64,000 nucleotides of DNA from Azolla caroliniana (taxonomy: Eukaryota; Plantae; Polypodiophyta), in contig JBHGNT010000139.1 of the NCBI GenBank assembly GCA_043228905.1, forward strand, positions 4,429 through 68,428. The letters are read 5' to 3'. Shown here in pieces: positions 26,166-39,800 of the stretch. The notes under the pieces were generated by a model that saw nothing but the letters and a program-made list of their open reading frames with translations, ran no database searches and had not been told where the DNA came from. The position numbers and the translations under genes are program-made. Positions within the stretch are counted from its first letter, which is position 1. Each line of letters begins with the position of its first letter.

Positions 26166-27334
26166 CTAAAACTCTTGAGATGCACTACCAATCTCATCCC
26201 CCTTGGATTTTCCAATAGATTTCTTTGGCAGAAGCATTGCATTAATGTTAGGAAGAACACCACCATCGGCAATCGTAACAGAACCTAGGAGCTTGCTTAA
26301 TTCTTCATCGTTTCTCACGGCCAGTTGAATATGCCTGGGCACAATCCTATTCTTTTTATTGTCACGTGCGGCATTTCCAGCAAGCTCCAGCACCTTTAAG
26401 TTCCAACAATGAAAATTTATGAGACAAGAAACAAAACATAAATATCCACTAGTTTCCTCTGTAGGACAGACTTTAAAAAACAGCATAGGAAAAGGCGACG
26501 ACGGAATAAAACTAGTCTTTATGCTTGGAAGAGTCGACAAGTCAACAGAATATATAAAGTTAAGGACGCCAAAACCGGACAATGAAAGAATAAAACAATA
26601 ATCACATCGATGGATGTGGATATCTTCCGCGGATCAAATAAACTTCCATTGTAACTATGCTAAGCGATGGTTTGGAGGATACGAGGAAAGAACCAACTCG
26701 ACACAAAATCAATGTATGCATCTACCAGAGAAAAGCTAAGATCCTAATGATACAAAAAACAGAATATAAATATCTTCTAGCAATAGGACAAAAGCCGGCA
26801 ACGCATTGGCGAACTACCATCAAGACCACAAAAGCAATCGGAACAAGAAAAATTATTGTACAATCATTGTACAAGGAACCCCGATTACGATCACTCGTAA
26901 CACCGATTAAGAAAAAATGCATAATGAATGTTAATATATCAAAAAAGAAGACGTAAACATATAAAACAAAACATCAAGAAACGGAAAGATTGAAGCAACC
27001 ACATGATTAAAAGCAGTCTTGGATTGAAGAAAGAAAGAAGAGAGAGAGAGAGAGTGAGTGAGACAAATACTGCGAAGGGAATAGAAATATGACCAAAAGA
27101 AAGAAGGGAAAGGATCTGAGAGAGAGAGAGAGAGAGAGAGAGAGATCATACCTCTGCAGCGAGGTATTCCAAGACAGCAGCGAGGTAGACAGGAGCGCCA
27201 GCGCCGACGCGCTCGGCGTATTTGCCTGCTTTGAGGAAGCGAGCGATCCTGCCAACGGGGAACTGAAGGCCGGCCTTGTGCGATCGAGAGACGGATTTGG
27301 AGGATGCAGTCTTGCCGCGGCCACCGGAGCTCAT
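26166..27334 (-). CDS. H2AX: Histone H2A.X (136 aa); exons 27334-27152 and 26393-26166
   Basis: [98 protein letters not shown]...GSASQEF*. The C-terminal SQEF motif defines plant H2A.X. Confidence 0.96.
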
Positions 27335-27397
27335 CGTGGAATGGGAAAAATGGAGGTGCAGGCGAAGCGAAGAGAAACTGCAGAAGGAGAAGGAGAA

Positions 27398-27442
27398 GAA
27401 GCTTCTAGAAGATGAAGCTTCTAGAAGGAGAAGCTTCTAGAA
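27398..27442. promoter_or_regulatory. Three tandem perfect heat-shock-element motifs (GAAnnTTCnnGAA) in the H2AX leader
   Basis: GAAGCTTCTAGAA at 27398, 27414 and 27430 (16-bp period). Function is untested. Confidence 0.4.
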
Positions 27443-27554
27443 GGAGAAGTTTCTGCAGAAGCCGGCGGCGGAGAGAAGGAGAAGAAGAAATGGAAATCGC
27501 GCGTCTTTCTGTTTCTCTCAGAAGAAGAAGAGAAAATGGGACCCTGGAGGCGGA

Positions 27555-27718
27555 GCTTTTTTATAGTGACGGAAGGCCTCTGGCAGCCGTCCGATCGCTT
27601 TTTCCCGCGCGCCACGTGGCAGGCTCCACGGCCGTCCGATCTTCCCCACCGGATAGCCCACGTGGCACCCCCCCCCCCCCCCCTCTCTCTCTCTCTCTCT
27701 TCTCAATCTCCCGGGAAA
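27555..27718 (-). promoter_or_regulatory. H2AX core promoter: TATA box, two E2F-type sites and two G-boxes
   Basis: Minus-strand CTATAAAAAA at ~27557-27566. TTTCCCGC at 27601-27608 and TTTCCCGG (minus) at 27711-27718. GCCACGTGGC at 27611-27620 and CCACGTGGC at ~27658-27666. Confidence 0.65.
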
Positions 27719-27849
27719 CTGACCCCCAACCGTATCTCATAACCAAAGGGCTTCCGAGAGCCTTCCAGAATCTTCCAAATGCCTTCCGAGAAATCTAAGC
27801 ACAGCCTCAATTTGCCATGCTAATATTAATCTCTCTCTCTCTCTCTCTC

Positions 27850-30800
27850 TCTTCCGAGGATATTAAGGACGAGATTAAAAAGGTTAATGAAGAGGTACGA
27901 TGCGACATGGAATTAGCGAAAACCGGTTGGGTCGACGTAGTCAAACGTAACATTAAAAAGGAACTTAAAGATGAAAAAAATTTGTAAACACTACCCTTGC
28001 TTGAGGAAGAGAAAATGTGTCAAGCTCGGCGCCTAAATGCACGTGTCACTGGGCTCAAAGGGCATCTCCAGACGAAGATGCACAAACACTCGAGAAAATG
28101 TTAGGGTACACAAAGGCCCTACCAATCACCAAAACTTGGAGGGTCGGACATGACACTACTAGGAAGAGAGCTTTAGTCCTCCAGTTTAAGGACTTGGAAT
28201 CTAGAATCACCTTTTTTAAGAAGAGACCAATTCTTCGAGGATTAGGAGGGGACCCTATCTACCTAGATGAGGACCTCACCTAGAACGGAGCTTCACTATA
28301 CAGTGGATATACAATGACGAGATCATAGTACAACACTCTCTACATAGAGTGTAAAACAGTCTCGCAGGACTCTTGGCGTATGCTGTTTTTGAACACAGCT
28401 ATGGCGTTGCTCACTCTCTCTCCTCACGTTCACACTCTTCACTATTTCTTACATGCATCAAAACTGTTTGCCCTAAGTGTATTTTATACTTATACCCTAT
28501 ATGGGCTATTTACAAATGTAGTCACTTCTATTGTCATTCCTATTATTATCTAATAATAATAATAATAATAGTCTTACGAATCAACCGACTCATTCGTCGA
28601 CTGTTGGGTCGGTCCGACTAGTCCACCTAGTCATCGACCATCCAGTCGGCCCGACTAGCCAGTCGTGTCTTCGACCTCGATCAACTCTCTCGAAGTCGAC
28701 TCCTCAACCATCGGCTCTCATCCGACCAGTCGACTGCTTGCTCCCTGTATTCGATTGTCGACTCTCTCCGAGCAGTCGGCTACCCCATGTATTCGACTGT
28801 CGGCTCTCTCCAAGCAGTCGGCTCCTCCCACTAGAGGGACATATTCCTAACACTCTCTGACATATACTCCGGACATGTTCAAGCCCAGTTCTCCTCTATT
28901 GATTCTTCCCTGCCTTTAGAGAACCTAACTACATAACTCATGCACATCCTTCACTCAATATCGATTAGTAGCTTCCCATACACGAAACACTCCAATCAAA
29001 ATAGAATAGGGTCTATGCCACATAATAGGTGGAATGGTGAAGATCATAGAGCTCTATATAGACAACTAAAAGTGTCACGACTTAGTGGTACTATTTCCTT
29101 AGTACAGGCTCGCAAAGAGATGCACAAGATGACACGTTGTAAAAGACGAGCTTGGGAAGCATCTCAATATTAGGAACTCTACCACATGCTCATGAGTAGG
29201 GACTGCGCACTTGTATGGAAGAGACTACGGGAACTGAGACCACAAACACCCATCGAGGATCCCCACACTTGGCACACATATACTGATAGAATCTACCATG
29301 TCTCGAACCAACCACCCATTCCAATGCCTTCCACACCTCGATCTACCACGAGGACACTTTTCACAACTTCTAGGGTCACGAAGGTCATAAAAAAATTACA
29401 ACATTGGAAGTCCATGGACCACACAGGATTGCGAGCCGAACACATCATATATGCTCTAGAGTGCCTACCTCCTTTTCTCACTCTAATCTTCAACCGTGCC
29501 CTCGCCGAGGGTTTTCCACCACAATGGAACTTCTAGGGTCACGAAGGTCATAAACAAATTACAACATAGGAAGTCCATGGACCACACAGGATTGCGAGCC
29601 GAACACATCATATATGCTCTAGAGGGCCTAGCTCCTTTTCTCACTCTAATCTTCAACTATGCCCTCCTCGCCAAGGGTTTTCCACCACCATGGACCATGA
29701 ACACAATAGCCCCTATACATAAAGGAGGGAACCCAATGGACTCAAATACATATCAGACCATTATGATAGGTCATACACTCGCTAAACTATATGGTGCAAT
29801 ACTGGAAGTAAAGCTCAGCGATTATATGGAGACCTTAAGCCTTCGAGCACCTGAGCAGGCTGGCTTTAGACTAGCCTTCTCCACTATTGAGCATATCTTC
29901 ACACTTAGATGCTTAATTGACTAGACGAAGACTCGCAAGAAGAAACTATATTGTTGCTTTGTGGACTTCCGCAAAGCCTTTGACATAGTTATTTGATACG
30001 CTTAGAAGCTTGGAGATACCAAATGACATGATTTAGGCCATCTATGCTCTATATGAGAAAGTCTATGGGTGTGTCAGATGCCTAGGTGGCCTCTTTGATT
30101 GCTTCACCGACACCATTGACGTAAAACAGGGTTGCCCCCTATCATCAACTCTTTTGGGATCTACATTGATGAGATCACTAATTTTATTGCTTGTAAGAGA
30201 GGCAACATAGTAGCCATTGGGGGCACACAAGTTAGTCTCTTACTCTATGTTGACGACATAGTTATGCTCTCAGAGTCTGAACACAACCTACAAAAAGCAC
30301 CTTCATGCCCTAGATGACTTTTGCACACAACAAGGATTGGTAGTGAATCTAACGAAAACTAAAGCCCTTATCTTTCACACATCGTCTCGAGTTAGGAGTA
30401 AGTGTCACCTACTCCTCTCTCATAAACTAGTTGAGGTAGTTGGATCTTATGTATATCTGGGAGTCACTTTTAGTGCTCGTTCAGGTAAATCCTCAATGAC
30501 CAGGCATCCAAAGATAGGTAATTTTGTTGTAATTTCTGTAATTTCTGTTATTAAGAAGGTAATGTTTTTTTTGCAATTTTAAAAAAAAAAATTACCTTGA
30601 AAAAATATTTACCTTATAGTAAATAATTTATCCAAAAGTATGGTATTTATCATTCTTCCACGGTGTTTACCCTTCTCGAATGATTGAATCATTCTCGAAC
30701 ATGAATGCACGAATGGTACACATGGTTCATACTATGCAAGTTTCAAGAGCCACGGACTAAGGGATGGCTCTTCAACTCATGAGTGACCCCGTCACTCATG

Positions 30801-32166
30801 TATGCATCAGTGGTATGGGCTCTAGGTCTACCATCCTTCATGTGGACGCAATTAGAGAGACCTTTGGTGATGATGTTATCATGTCAACTCCGAAGCAAAT
30901 CGACAGTACCACATGACATTATTAGAGCAGAGTTCAGTCTACCCCCAATGTTAGTAGAAGCACTCTTCCAATTGGTAGTTTTTATTCATAGGATACATAA
31001 CCAACCACAGGATAGGATATCCCGTCAAGCTTTTGAGGCATCCCGATCCCTATATGAGTCCGGAGATAGTAGCTCTTGGTATAACATTGTAGTGCGTTGG
31101 TTACTTGCAAATGGCATAGACATTAATAACCTACTTCCCATTAAGTACAACCATGGGATTGATCAAACTTTAATCTCTCATGAGAACCGTAATAAAGTAA
31201 TATGCCAAGAAATATGGAAAATTTATACCCGATATAAATGGATCACCCCACGAGAGCCATTCCCATCTAAAATGTTTTACTATAAGCAACACTTCATGCA
31301 CTTCTCTAAGCTAGGTTTTATTACACGACCAAAATATTTAGATACATTATTGATAGATGCACTAAGGGTGGCCATTGGACAATTTAGGATATCATCTCAC
31401 CAACTTGAGATTGAGAATGGTGATACTAATGGAGTTCTTATAGAGGAAAGGCTATGTGGGTTATGTCACATAGAGATAGAGGATGAGTATCACTTTACAT
31501 GCAAGTGTCCAACCTATGCCGAGATAAGGGTGAAATACCAAGACATACTAGGACCCTCTCCCACCCTCTCCAAACTATTAGATACCCCGGATATAAAGAG
31601 AGTAGGTATGTATATCTTAGAGCTAAAACAAGATAGGGAGGAAAAACCACAAAATGTTAACCATAATCATTTTAATATTCACCAACATGTAACTAATATA
31701 ATTTTTCAGGAACAAGGGGAGACGATGAATGTGGACACACCTACACCACTCGGCCTCTCTCTTGATGAAGTAGAAATGCAAAGAACAACCAAACGTCCTC
31801 GGATGTTGGGCTTCAAAGCAACTCGACGTGGTGTAGAAACAATTAAGAAGATAAGGGAACGTGAGCTACGTCGCCTAGCAGCTATGGTTACGGTATCTTT
31901 TACATTGAGACCAAGGGCCACCTCCACATCGAAATCCTTTGACCTGCCTCTTCTTTTCGAGAGACTTGGATGGAAATGAAACTAGGCCTAGTATAAAGTC
32001 TTTTCCTTATAGAACATGTTTTTTTTGCTAGAACTCTTTAGCTTAAGGTCTATATTATATTTATATTTACTTTTGATGAATGGGCAAATACCCCCTTTTT
32101 ATTGTAAACCAATTGTCTCATGGGCCAATTTTGGTCTTAGAAGATGTTAATACATCTTTCTTTCTT

Positions 32167-32202
<36 letters not shown>

Positions 32203-32300
32203 GGTCTTATGTTGACCATTTTGGCCTCATAGAAGACGTTAATATCTCTCCCTCTCTCCCTCTTTGTAAATAATGGCTTCCATTACGAATGAAAAAAACA
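27850..32300 (+). mobile_element. Degenerate non-LTR retrotransposon (LINE, RTEX-like): ORF1 remnant plus ORF2 RT and C-terminal CCHC domain (ends approximate)
   Basis: ORF1-like PIYLDEDLT at 28017-28283. RT motifs EQAGFR..STIEHIFTLR, CCFVDFRKAFD, KQGCPLS and LLYVDDIV. C-terminal GQFRISSHQLEIENG...ERLCGLCHIEIEDEYHFTCKCPTY in the 30783-31979 ORF. The endonuclease region is missing. A 163-bp internal tandem duplication sits at 29365/29528. Confidence 0.88.
28290..28852 (-). mobile_element. Truncated copia LTR (family related to the 36619-42108 element) inserted antisense in the LINE
   Basis: The end ...CTCCCACTAGAGGGACATATTCCTAACA (28852) is the reverse complement of the LTR start TGTTAGGAATATGTCCCTCTAGTGGGAG at 41400. 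It shares the (TAT)n tract and CCGAC-rich repeats. Confidence 0.85.
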
Positions 32301-32776
32301 CACACCATCATAACTAACTTACTAGAAAGTATGGAACCTTTCTAGGGAGCTAAACACTACTACGGTTACAAACTCAATGCCACCTTACACACCAATTCAA
32401 ATAGTGAATATTATGTGATATGGCAGAGTTTTCTCTCTTCATGGTTGAGAGTTCGTGACTTCATTAGCATTGGCAATCGCCACAAAAGAAGACCTTTTAA
32501 TTTCACAACATACTTTCTCACCTTAACTTACGAAACAAAAGTGAAGGCATTCCGCATATTCCAATTGAACCATAGCTGCCCCCAATACCTTAATAACTCA
32601 AAATATAATTCGGAAATGAGGCATCGGTTCATTTTTCTTCGTATGTGCAAAAACCCAACTTAAGGAAGATAGACTTACTCTAGTTAGAGATGTCCACACT
32701 AAAGTGTTACACTCCAAACCATCCTAGTCATCGGGCATGAAAGAAATCGATGTTTACTATGTTCCAATTCCACATA

Positions 32777-32823
<47 letters not shown>

Positions 32824-32992
32824 TATGTTTGCCATTTTGGCCTCTTAGAAGACGTTAATATCGACCTCTCGTCTTGTCTCTTTTTAGTTTTACTGTAATT
32901 GCTTCACTCTAATGGTAAGTTATTAAGATTGTTAAGACTAGGTCTTGGGTCTAAAACCCAATTATCTCACTTGTTTATTACTCTATACATAT

Positions 32993-33194
32993 CTCTTAAT
33001 TTACTAGATGCCATTATGGAATGTAATTCCTCTCTATTACTCCATACATCTCTCTCTCTCTCTCTCTCATTATCATGCATGCCTCCCTCCTATGATGACC
33101 ACTACCCCCACCCCTCTGATTGCCATTGTGATTGTTACTCCTCTTAATTTACTAGATGCCATTATGGAATGTAATTCCTCCCTATTACTCCATA

Positions 33195-33232
<38 letters not shown>

Positions 33233-33300
33233 TCATGCATGCCTCCCTCCTATGATGACCACTACCCCCACCCCTCTTATTGCCATTGTGATTGTTACTC
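32993..33300. repeat. ~150-bp tandem duplication containing (CT)n (also at 48813-49120)
   Basis: CTCTTAATTTACTAGATGCCATTATGG...CCATTGTGATTGTTACTC occurs twice. Confidence 0.9.
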
Positions 33301-33845
33301 CTGGACCGGACTAGCCACTAACACAGCAGGGTATCCTTCCGGATCACTTCACCAAATGGGTGGTTGTGGTAAGGATTTCCGACTCCGATAGGCTTCAACC
33401 GGTTAACGTCCGGTTGAGATCCGATTCACAACACACAGTGTTACACGCGTAAGATCAATACATTAAACACATGATGGAATAAAGATCAGATAGACAATAA
33501 TAACACGCTCTTATATTAATTTTCCATCGTTCATATAATGATATCCGGATCCTTTTATAAGCATCCAATCTGTGCTACAAAACGGTGCCTAACCGGCAAC
33601 CGTCTATGAATCGGTCCGGATTCGAATCGACATACCTCTTCTAGATCCGTCCGTTCCTAACATAATTCATAGTTATATAATTATATCTCTAGGAACCAGC
33701 TCGCCTCTTCCTCCTTCCATACTTGGCAGCCACTGACCAACAATGACACGTCATGGCGCGCGTTGGCATTGGAAGTTGCCAGTTTATGTATTATATTTAT
33801 TATAACTCCTCATAGCTAATCTAGGCTATGAACATCATATCACGA

Positions 33846-36800
33846 TGTCGTGAGGGATTCCCGCCATGGTGAGAAAGGGGAGTCGGACGCACTGTCGTGT
33901 TATTCTGCATGCACGGGAGAAGCCAAGGCAGGACCGCAGGGGTCTTGAACCAAGGAATAGCCGCACAAAGGGAGGAGCACTACGAAACCATGGCCGAGCC
34001 GAGCACACAGAAACACAGGGAACTCACAAACAAGGTCGAACAATGAATAAGGAAAATGCATATATATCTATATATATATATATATATCTATGTGACCAAA
34101 ATTACAATCAGCTAGCCAGTAAGTGCCAAATCGCTAACACTAACTCACACAACGCACGCGACAACAAGAGATGGAGCCTCTGTTGGAAGCGCTCGGGCTT
34201 TCCACAAAAACAGAGGCAACCTCCCAACCTGCAGAGAACGATCCCAAAAAACGATAGAGGAGAAGAGCTCGGTTTCAGTCCGACAGCACTTAGTCCTAAA
34301 AAACGCGATCCCTCTCTCAGTCTTCTCCTCTCCCTTTTATAGGCCCCCGGGGTCAGACCGTTATACCATGGTTACATCATCTTTATTTCTGTCACTTCAG
34401 ACAAAGATACACTACGATTTCCCAAACAATAAATGCGTACTACCTAGTATCCTCACGTCAAATGAATTGCTCCTAAATATGTACAAGTTATTAAATAACG
34501 TGCCCGCACGTAAGGGCCAATTCATGCACATATTTCCCTGATTCCTCCTAGGGGTGGTTTTCTCCACGACATCCACCCCCACCTAACCGCGCAACCACCA
34601 GTATGCGCCAAAATAGACTTCTGCCGGAGAAGACCGGCCCGCACTCATCTTTCATTCTCCGGATCGCCATCCGCTCCGAACCGATTGTCGTCGCTATCCA
34701 TGTCCTCTGGGTTCGGTTCATCCTCGTGCCGCTTCTTGAACTCTTTGATCCTCTTCCCGGCCATCGGCACAACTATTCTCGTTCCGTCGAGCTCCACGAG
34801 ATGGTAGGTGTCGTTGTCATTGGCGCTTGTCACCGCGTAAGGCCCGAACCACCTCCTCGCAAATTTTCGCACCGCTTTGTGCTGATTGTCGAGGTTGTTG
34901 TCGTATACCAGCATGCAATCGCCTTCCTCAATGTTCTTCGGTCGGAGCCGGTGTGTCCGGTCGAACCGGCCCTTCTTCCTTTCCCGTGTCGTTCGCAGCT
35001 TCTCCCTTGCTCGCTCCACGTCCTCCGTCTCCGTTCAAGTTGTCGGATCCCCGCCGCCAACAGCTCCTCCCGGCTCATTTTGTTCCTCCAATCCACCGCA
35101 GCCCACGAAGTGATTGCCCGCTCCGCCGGCATAATCGGTTTTTGCATGTACATCAACTCCGCCGGCATGAACCCGATCACTGAATTCCGGTCCGCCCACA
35201 ACACATAAGGTAGAAGCCGCGGCCAATTCCCGACCTGTCCTTCACACGCTCACACCAACGCCTTCACGATTGGGTCGTGCCCTCGTTCTACCTTCCCGTT
35301 TGCTTCCAGGTTGTATGCCGTAGTGAGAGAGAGCTTGACCCCTACCTAGTCGAACAACTCTTCAGCTTCCTGCACGTCCAACTCCCCCAGATCTGCCACG
35401 ATCTTTCCTACACACCCATACCGGCACACCACTTCCTCAATCCGGAATTGGCACACCGCCGCAGTCGTCTTATTCTGCAGTGTGTGGCCCTCCACTTGGT
35501 TCTTTAAGTCTTCTCACGCCAGTACCAGGTACCACATCTGTCCTACCCCCATCGGCATCGTCACCAAATCTACCATCCACTTGAAATGGCCAGTTGGGGG
35601 GTAGGTCAGGTGCAGCTCATCTCGATGCCGGATCGTGGAGTGCATTTGGCAACTCTCGCACGTCGTCACGAACCGGTGCACGTCTCGGTATAGCCCCGGC
35701 CACCAATACTTCTCCTTTAGCTTCTCGGATGTGGCCCGAGTCCCGTGGTGACCAGCCCAAGGACTCTCGTGGTATGCCGCGAGTAGCATCTCTTGTTCCT
35801 CCTTTCTTGTCACTACTCGTAGTGGGACGCCGCCTCTCTTCTTCAGATTCTTCCACAGGTTCCTGTCCCGCAGGAAGAACCGGTACGCTTTCTTCCGGAC
35901 CCAGTTGGCTTCGCCTTTCGTTCAGGCGGCGTCCGACGTCATTATCTTTAGGAATCTACCGATCCTAAGCCACTCTCCTTCGTATTCACCCTCGTGAAAC
36001 TCGTTAAGCGCCGGGGTGCTCCCTACCCTCGTCAGGCAAGCCGACTCGAAGAAGTCCTCGCCGACTTCTTCGTCCTCCGAAACCATGCCGTCCTCGTTGT
36101 CGAACCGCGTTCTCGAAAGCATGTCAGCGATGGCGTTGTCCTTTCAGGAGATGTGCCATATCTCCAGATTCAGGGACTTGATGTATGCGATCCACCTGAG
36201 CATCGCCAGGTCAGGCGTCGCGCATCCGGAAACCATTCCGAGGATCGGTAGGCAGTCCATCCCGATACGATAATCTTTGTCGGCCTTGACTACCGAAACA
36301 ATACCCCAGAGCTCACGCTTAACTTGGGTGTATGCTCGTTGTTGCTCACTGAATACCTTCGCTCCGAACCAGATAGGGACCCGTGTGTTGCCCTCGTCTT
36401 CTTGATTGATCACCCATCCTATCCCAGTCAGGCTCGTATCTACGGTTACATAGATCCAAACATCCTTGCTGTAAACCGCTTTACAGAGTGTCGGTGCTCT
36501 GGTGAGCGCTTCTTTCAATCTCCGGACCGACTCCGTATGTTCCTTGCCCCAATCAAATTCGCGCCCTTTCTTTAGCAGCTCGTAGAGCGGTTCCGCGATG
36601 TGCGCGTAATGCGGAACCTGTTGGGAATATGTCCCTCCTATGGGAGGAAGAACCGACTGATCAGAAAGCCGACAATTGATGATAGGGAAGATCCGACTGT
36701 TCGGAAAGCCGACAATTGAAGAGTCGAAAACAGTGAGTCGACTGTTTGTGAATTCGACTATTATTATTATGGTAATAATAATGATGATGTTTGGAAACAA

Positions 36801-39800
36801 GTCCCTCTAGATGGGAAAGAGAGAGGAGCCAAGTTGATGAGTGACTATAAACTGAAATCGTGTAAATAGCCAACTCGGGAGACTATAATTGTAAATAGTC
36901 TAAGTGTGCGCCCCATGAGGGTTACATATGTAAATAGCCAGAAAGTTGTGTAAGTATATATACAACTAGGGCAAACTTATGTGTGGGACGAATAGAGTTA
37001 GAACTGTAAAAACAAAATAGAGTGTGTAGAGAGAGAGTGTGTGTGAGAGTGTGAGAGAAGAAGGAAGAGTCGCGCCATAATTGTGTGTGTAACAGTAGAC
37101 GCGAAGAGCCCTATGTGGCTGATACACTTGACAGAGTGTTGTAATCTTCTCTGTATTGTATATACACTACATTATAGTGATGAATCTGTTCACCTATGGT
37201 TTTTCCCCATTTTAGGGTTTCCACGTAAATCTCTGTGTATATTTGTTCATCTTGTTTTTTTTGGTGTATTTCTGTAATTCGTATTTCAGCATGTAGTTCG
37301 TTTATTGTGATCTATTCCGCATCGATTTCTCAACAAACTGGTATTAGAGCTTGAGGTGCAAGCATGGAAGGAGGTGTTAGCGAATTCCCAGGTATGATAG
37401 TTCTAAACTCTCAAAACTATGTAGATTGGAAGATCAAGATGGAAGACCTTCTCATAGTTAAAGATCTGTACGAGCTAGTCGACAGAGCAGAAATACCCAG
37501 GGGGGTATTGGAGTTGGAGTGGAAGCTTCTAAATAGGAAGGCGGTGGCCACAATCCAACAATGTGTCGATATAAGTGTCCTTCAGCATGTGGCGAACGAC
37601 ACGAATGCTCACGAGATGTGGCAGAAGCTGTTGGGTTTGTACGAGAGGAAGAACGCGCTCAATAGAACCTCGCTAATGAGAAAAATCGTAGGGCTGATAC
37701 CGAGACAGTGAGAGCATCGTCGAACACATCAACACGTTCATGGGGTATGTAAATCAACTTGTTGCGACCAAGTTTCCCCTGGATGACGCAATGCAGGCCA
37801 TCCTGCTGATGTGCACACTGCTAGAAAGTTGGGAGAACCTGGTGGTTACTCTCAACACCTCCTGTCAAGAAGAGAAATTCTCTTTTCAAACGATGAAGAC
37901 AAGCATCCTGAATGAAGAGGCAAGGAGGAAACACAAAGGAGTCTTGTCCCAAACGGAGTCGAATCTGACTCAACATATGGACAGAGGAAGGGACCGGCTA
38001 AGAAGAATTCCGCAGCGAACAGACCAATCCCACGCCAGATCGAAGTCCAGAGGTAAGCCTGTGTGCTTCTATTGCGGAAAAACCTGGACACTTCCAGAAG
38101 GACTGCCGACACATGAAGAAAGATAAGTCTGTCAGAAATAATGTCGAACCCCGGAAGATTCCGGATGAAAAGAACTCTTCGGCCATTGCTATGAGCAATG
38201 AGGAACTTTTGTTCATCTATGAACAGACAAGTGCAAATCTTGCAAGCGAAGAGTGCACTTGGGTGATCGACTCCGGCGCATCCTTTCACATTACTCCGTC
38301 GAGAGAGTACTTCTCGACTTACATAGCCGGGGATCATGGCTATGTAAAGATGGGTGATAGTGGAGAGTGCAAGATAACTGGAGTCAGAAGTGTGTGCTTA
38401 ACGACGTCGACAGGGTGTCGACTAACGTTGAAGGATGTTCGACACGTCCCCGATATCAGATTGAATCTAATATCGACTGGAAGGCTTGACGACGAAGGCT
38501 AAATGGTAGTTTTCATAATGGCAAGTGGAAGTTCTGCCGAGGAAATCTCATAGTGGCCCGAGCACAGAAAGAAGGCACATTGTACATGATGCATGCCCGA
38601 CTGTGCAAATCGGAAGTAAACGTGGCAGTCAACTCGGCAGGGGAGATATGGCATAAGAGGCTAGGCCACATGAGTGAGAAGGGAATGCACATGTTAGCCG
38701 ACCAGGAACTTCTACCAGTAGTCAAGGGAGTGCACCTGGAGAAGCGTGTCAACTGCTTAGCTAGAAAGCAAAACAGGACGACATTCCACACAAGACCACC
38801 GAGGAGAAGAGATGTTGCACTCAAACTAGTGCACACGGATGTGTGCTATGCGGATGCTCCATTGCATCAAGGAGGATAGTACTTTGTAACGTTTATTGAC
38901 GATTATAGTCAGAAGACATGGGCCTTCATACTAAAGTCGAAGGATCAAGTATTGTCGGTTTTCAAGGAGTTCCAGGCAAGAACCGAAAGAGAGTCGGTTC
39001 GGAAACTGAAGGTTGTCTGAACCGACAACGGTGGCGAGTAAAGAGGGCAGTTCGAGGAATACTGCAAGTGCCAAGGTATTCGGATCAAATACACACTGCC
39101 AAAGACCCCAGACTTGAATGGGCTTGCAAGGAGGATGAATCGAACAATCATGGAGAGAGTAAGGAGCATGCTCTCTCATGCGAAACTGCCGAAATCCTGT
39201 TGGGCTGAGGTGATGTACACATTGTCTATCTGATCAACAAGTCTCCCTCAGTGCCATTAAAGGGTGATGTCCCATAGAGGGTGTGGACAGGGAAGGATGT
39301 CTCCTACCAACACCTGAGGGTGTTTGGATGTTTGGCGTATATGCATGTAGCAAAGGATCAGAGGTCAAAGCTCGATAGCAAGTCGAAAGCATGCATATTC
39401 ATGGGATACTCAAAAGATGAGTTCGGCTATAGGTTGTGGGACTTAGTCGACAAGAAGGTAGTGAGAAGTCGGGATGTTGTCTTTCTAGAAGACAAGACAA
39501 TTGAAGACTGGAAGCAACACAAGTCGGAACCGACTCCCCAGTCAACCTCGACTACCATCGACTTAAGGCCAAGTGTGTCGTCACCGGCAGCTGTAAGGAG
39601 ACAGCTGGCCGATAGAGCCAAATCCGAGTCGGTTGACTCGGAAAGACCGACAGTCTATGAGTCGGAGTCGACAGATCTGCTAAAATCAATTGAGGAATAT
39701 GAGTTGGAGTTGTCCAACCTGGAGATGCCGATTGATGAGCAGAATCCCATGCAAAGAGAAGAGTTGGCAAAGGCATCCGGAAAAGAGTCAACAACGAGTG

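Noticed and set aside
36144-36800. 218-aa ORF with a hydrophobic N-terminus, suggestive of an env-like or membrane-anchored RNase H fusion
   Set aside because: The Ile-rich leader is the antisense (TAT)n tract of the inserted copia LTR read into gypsy RNase H; this is an insertion artefact.
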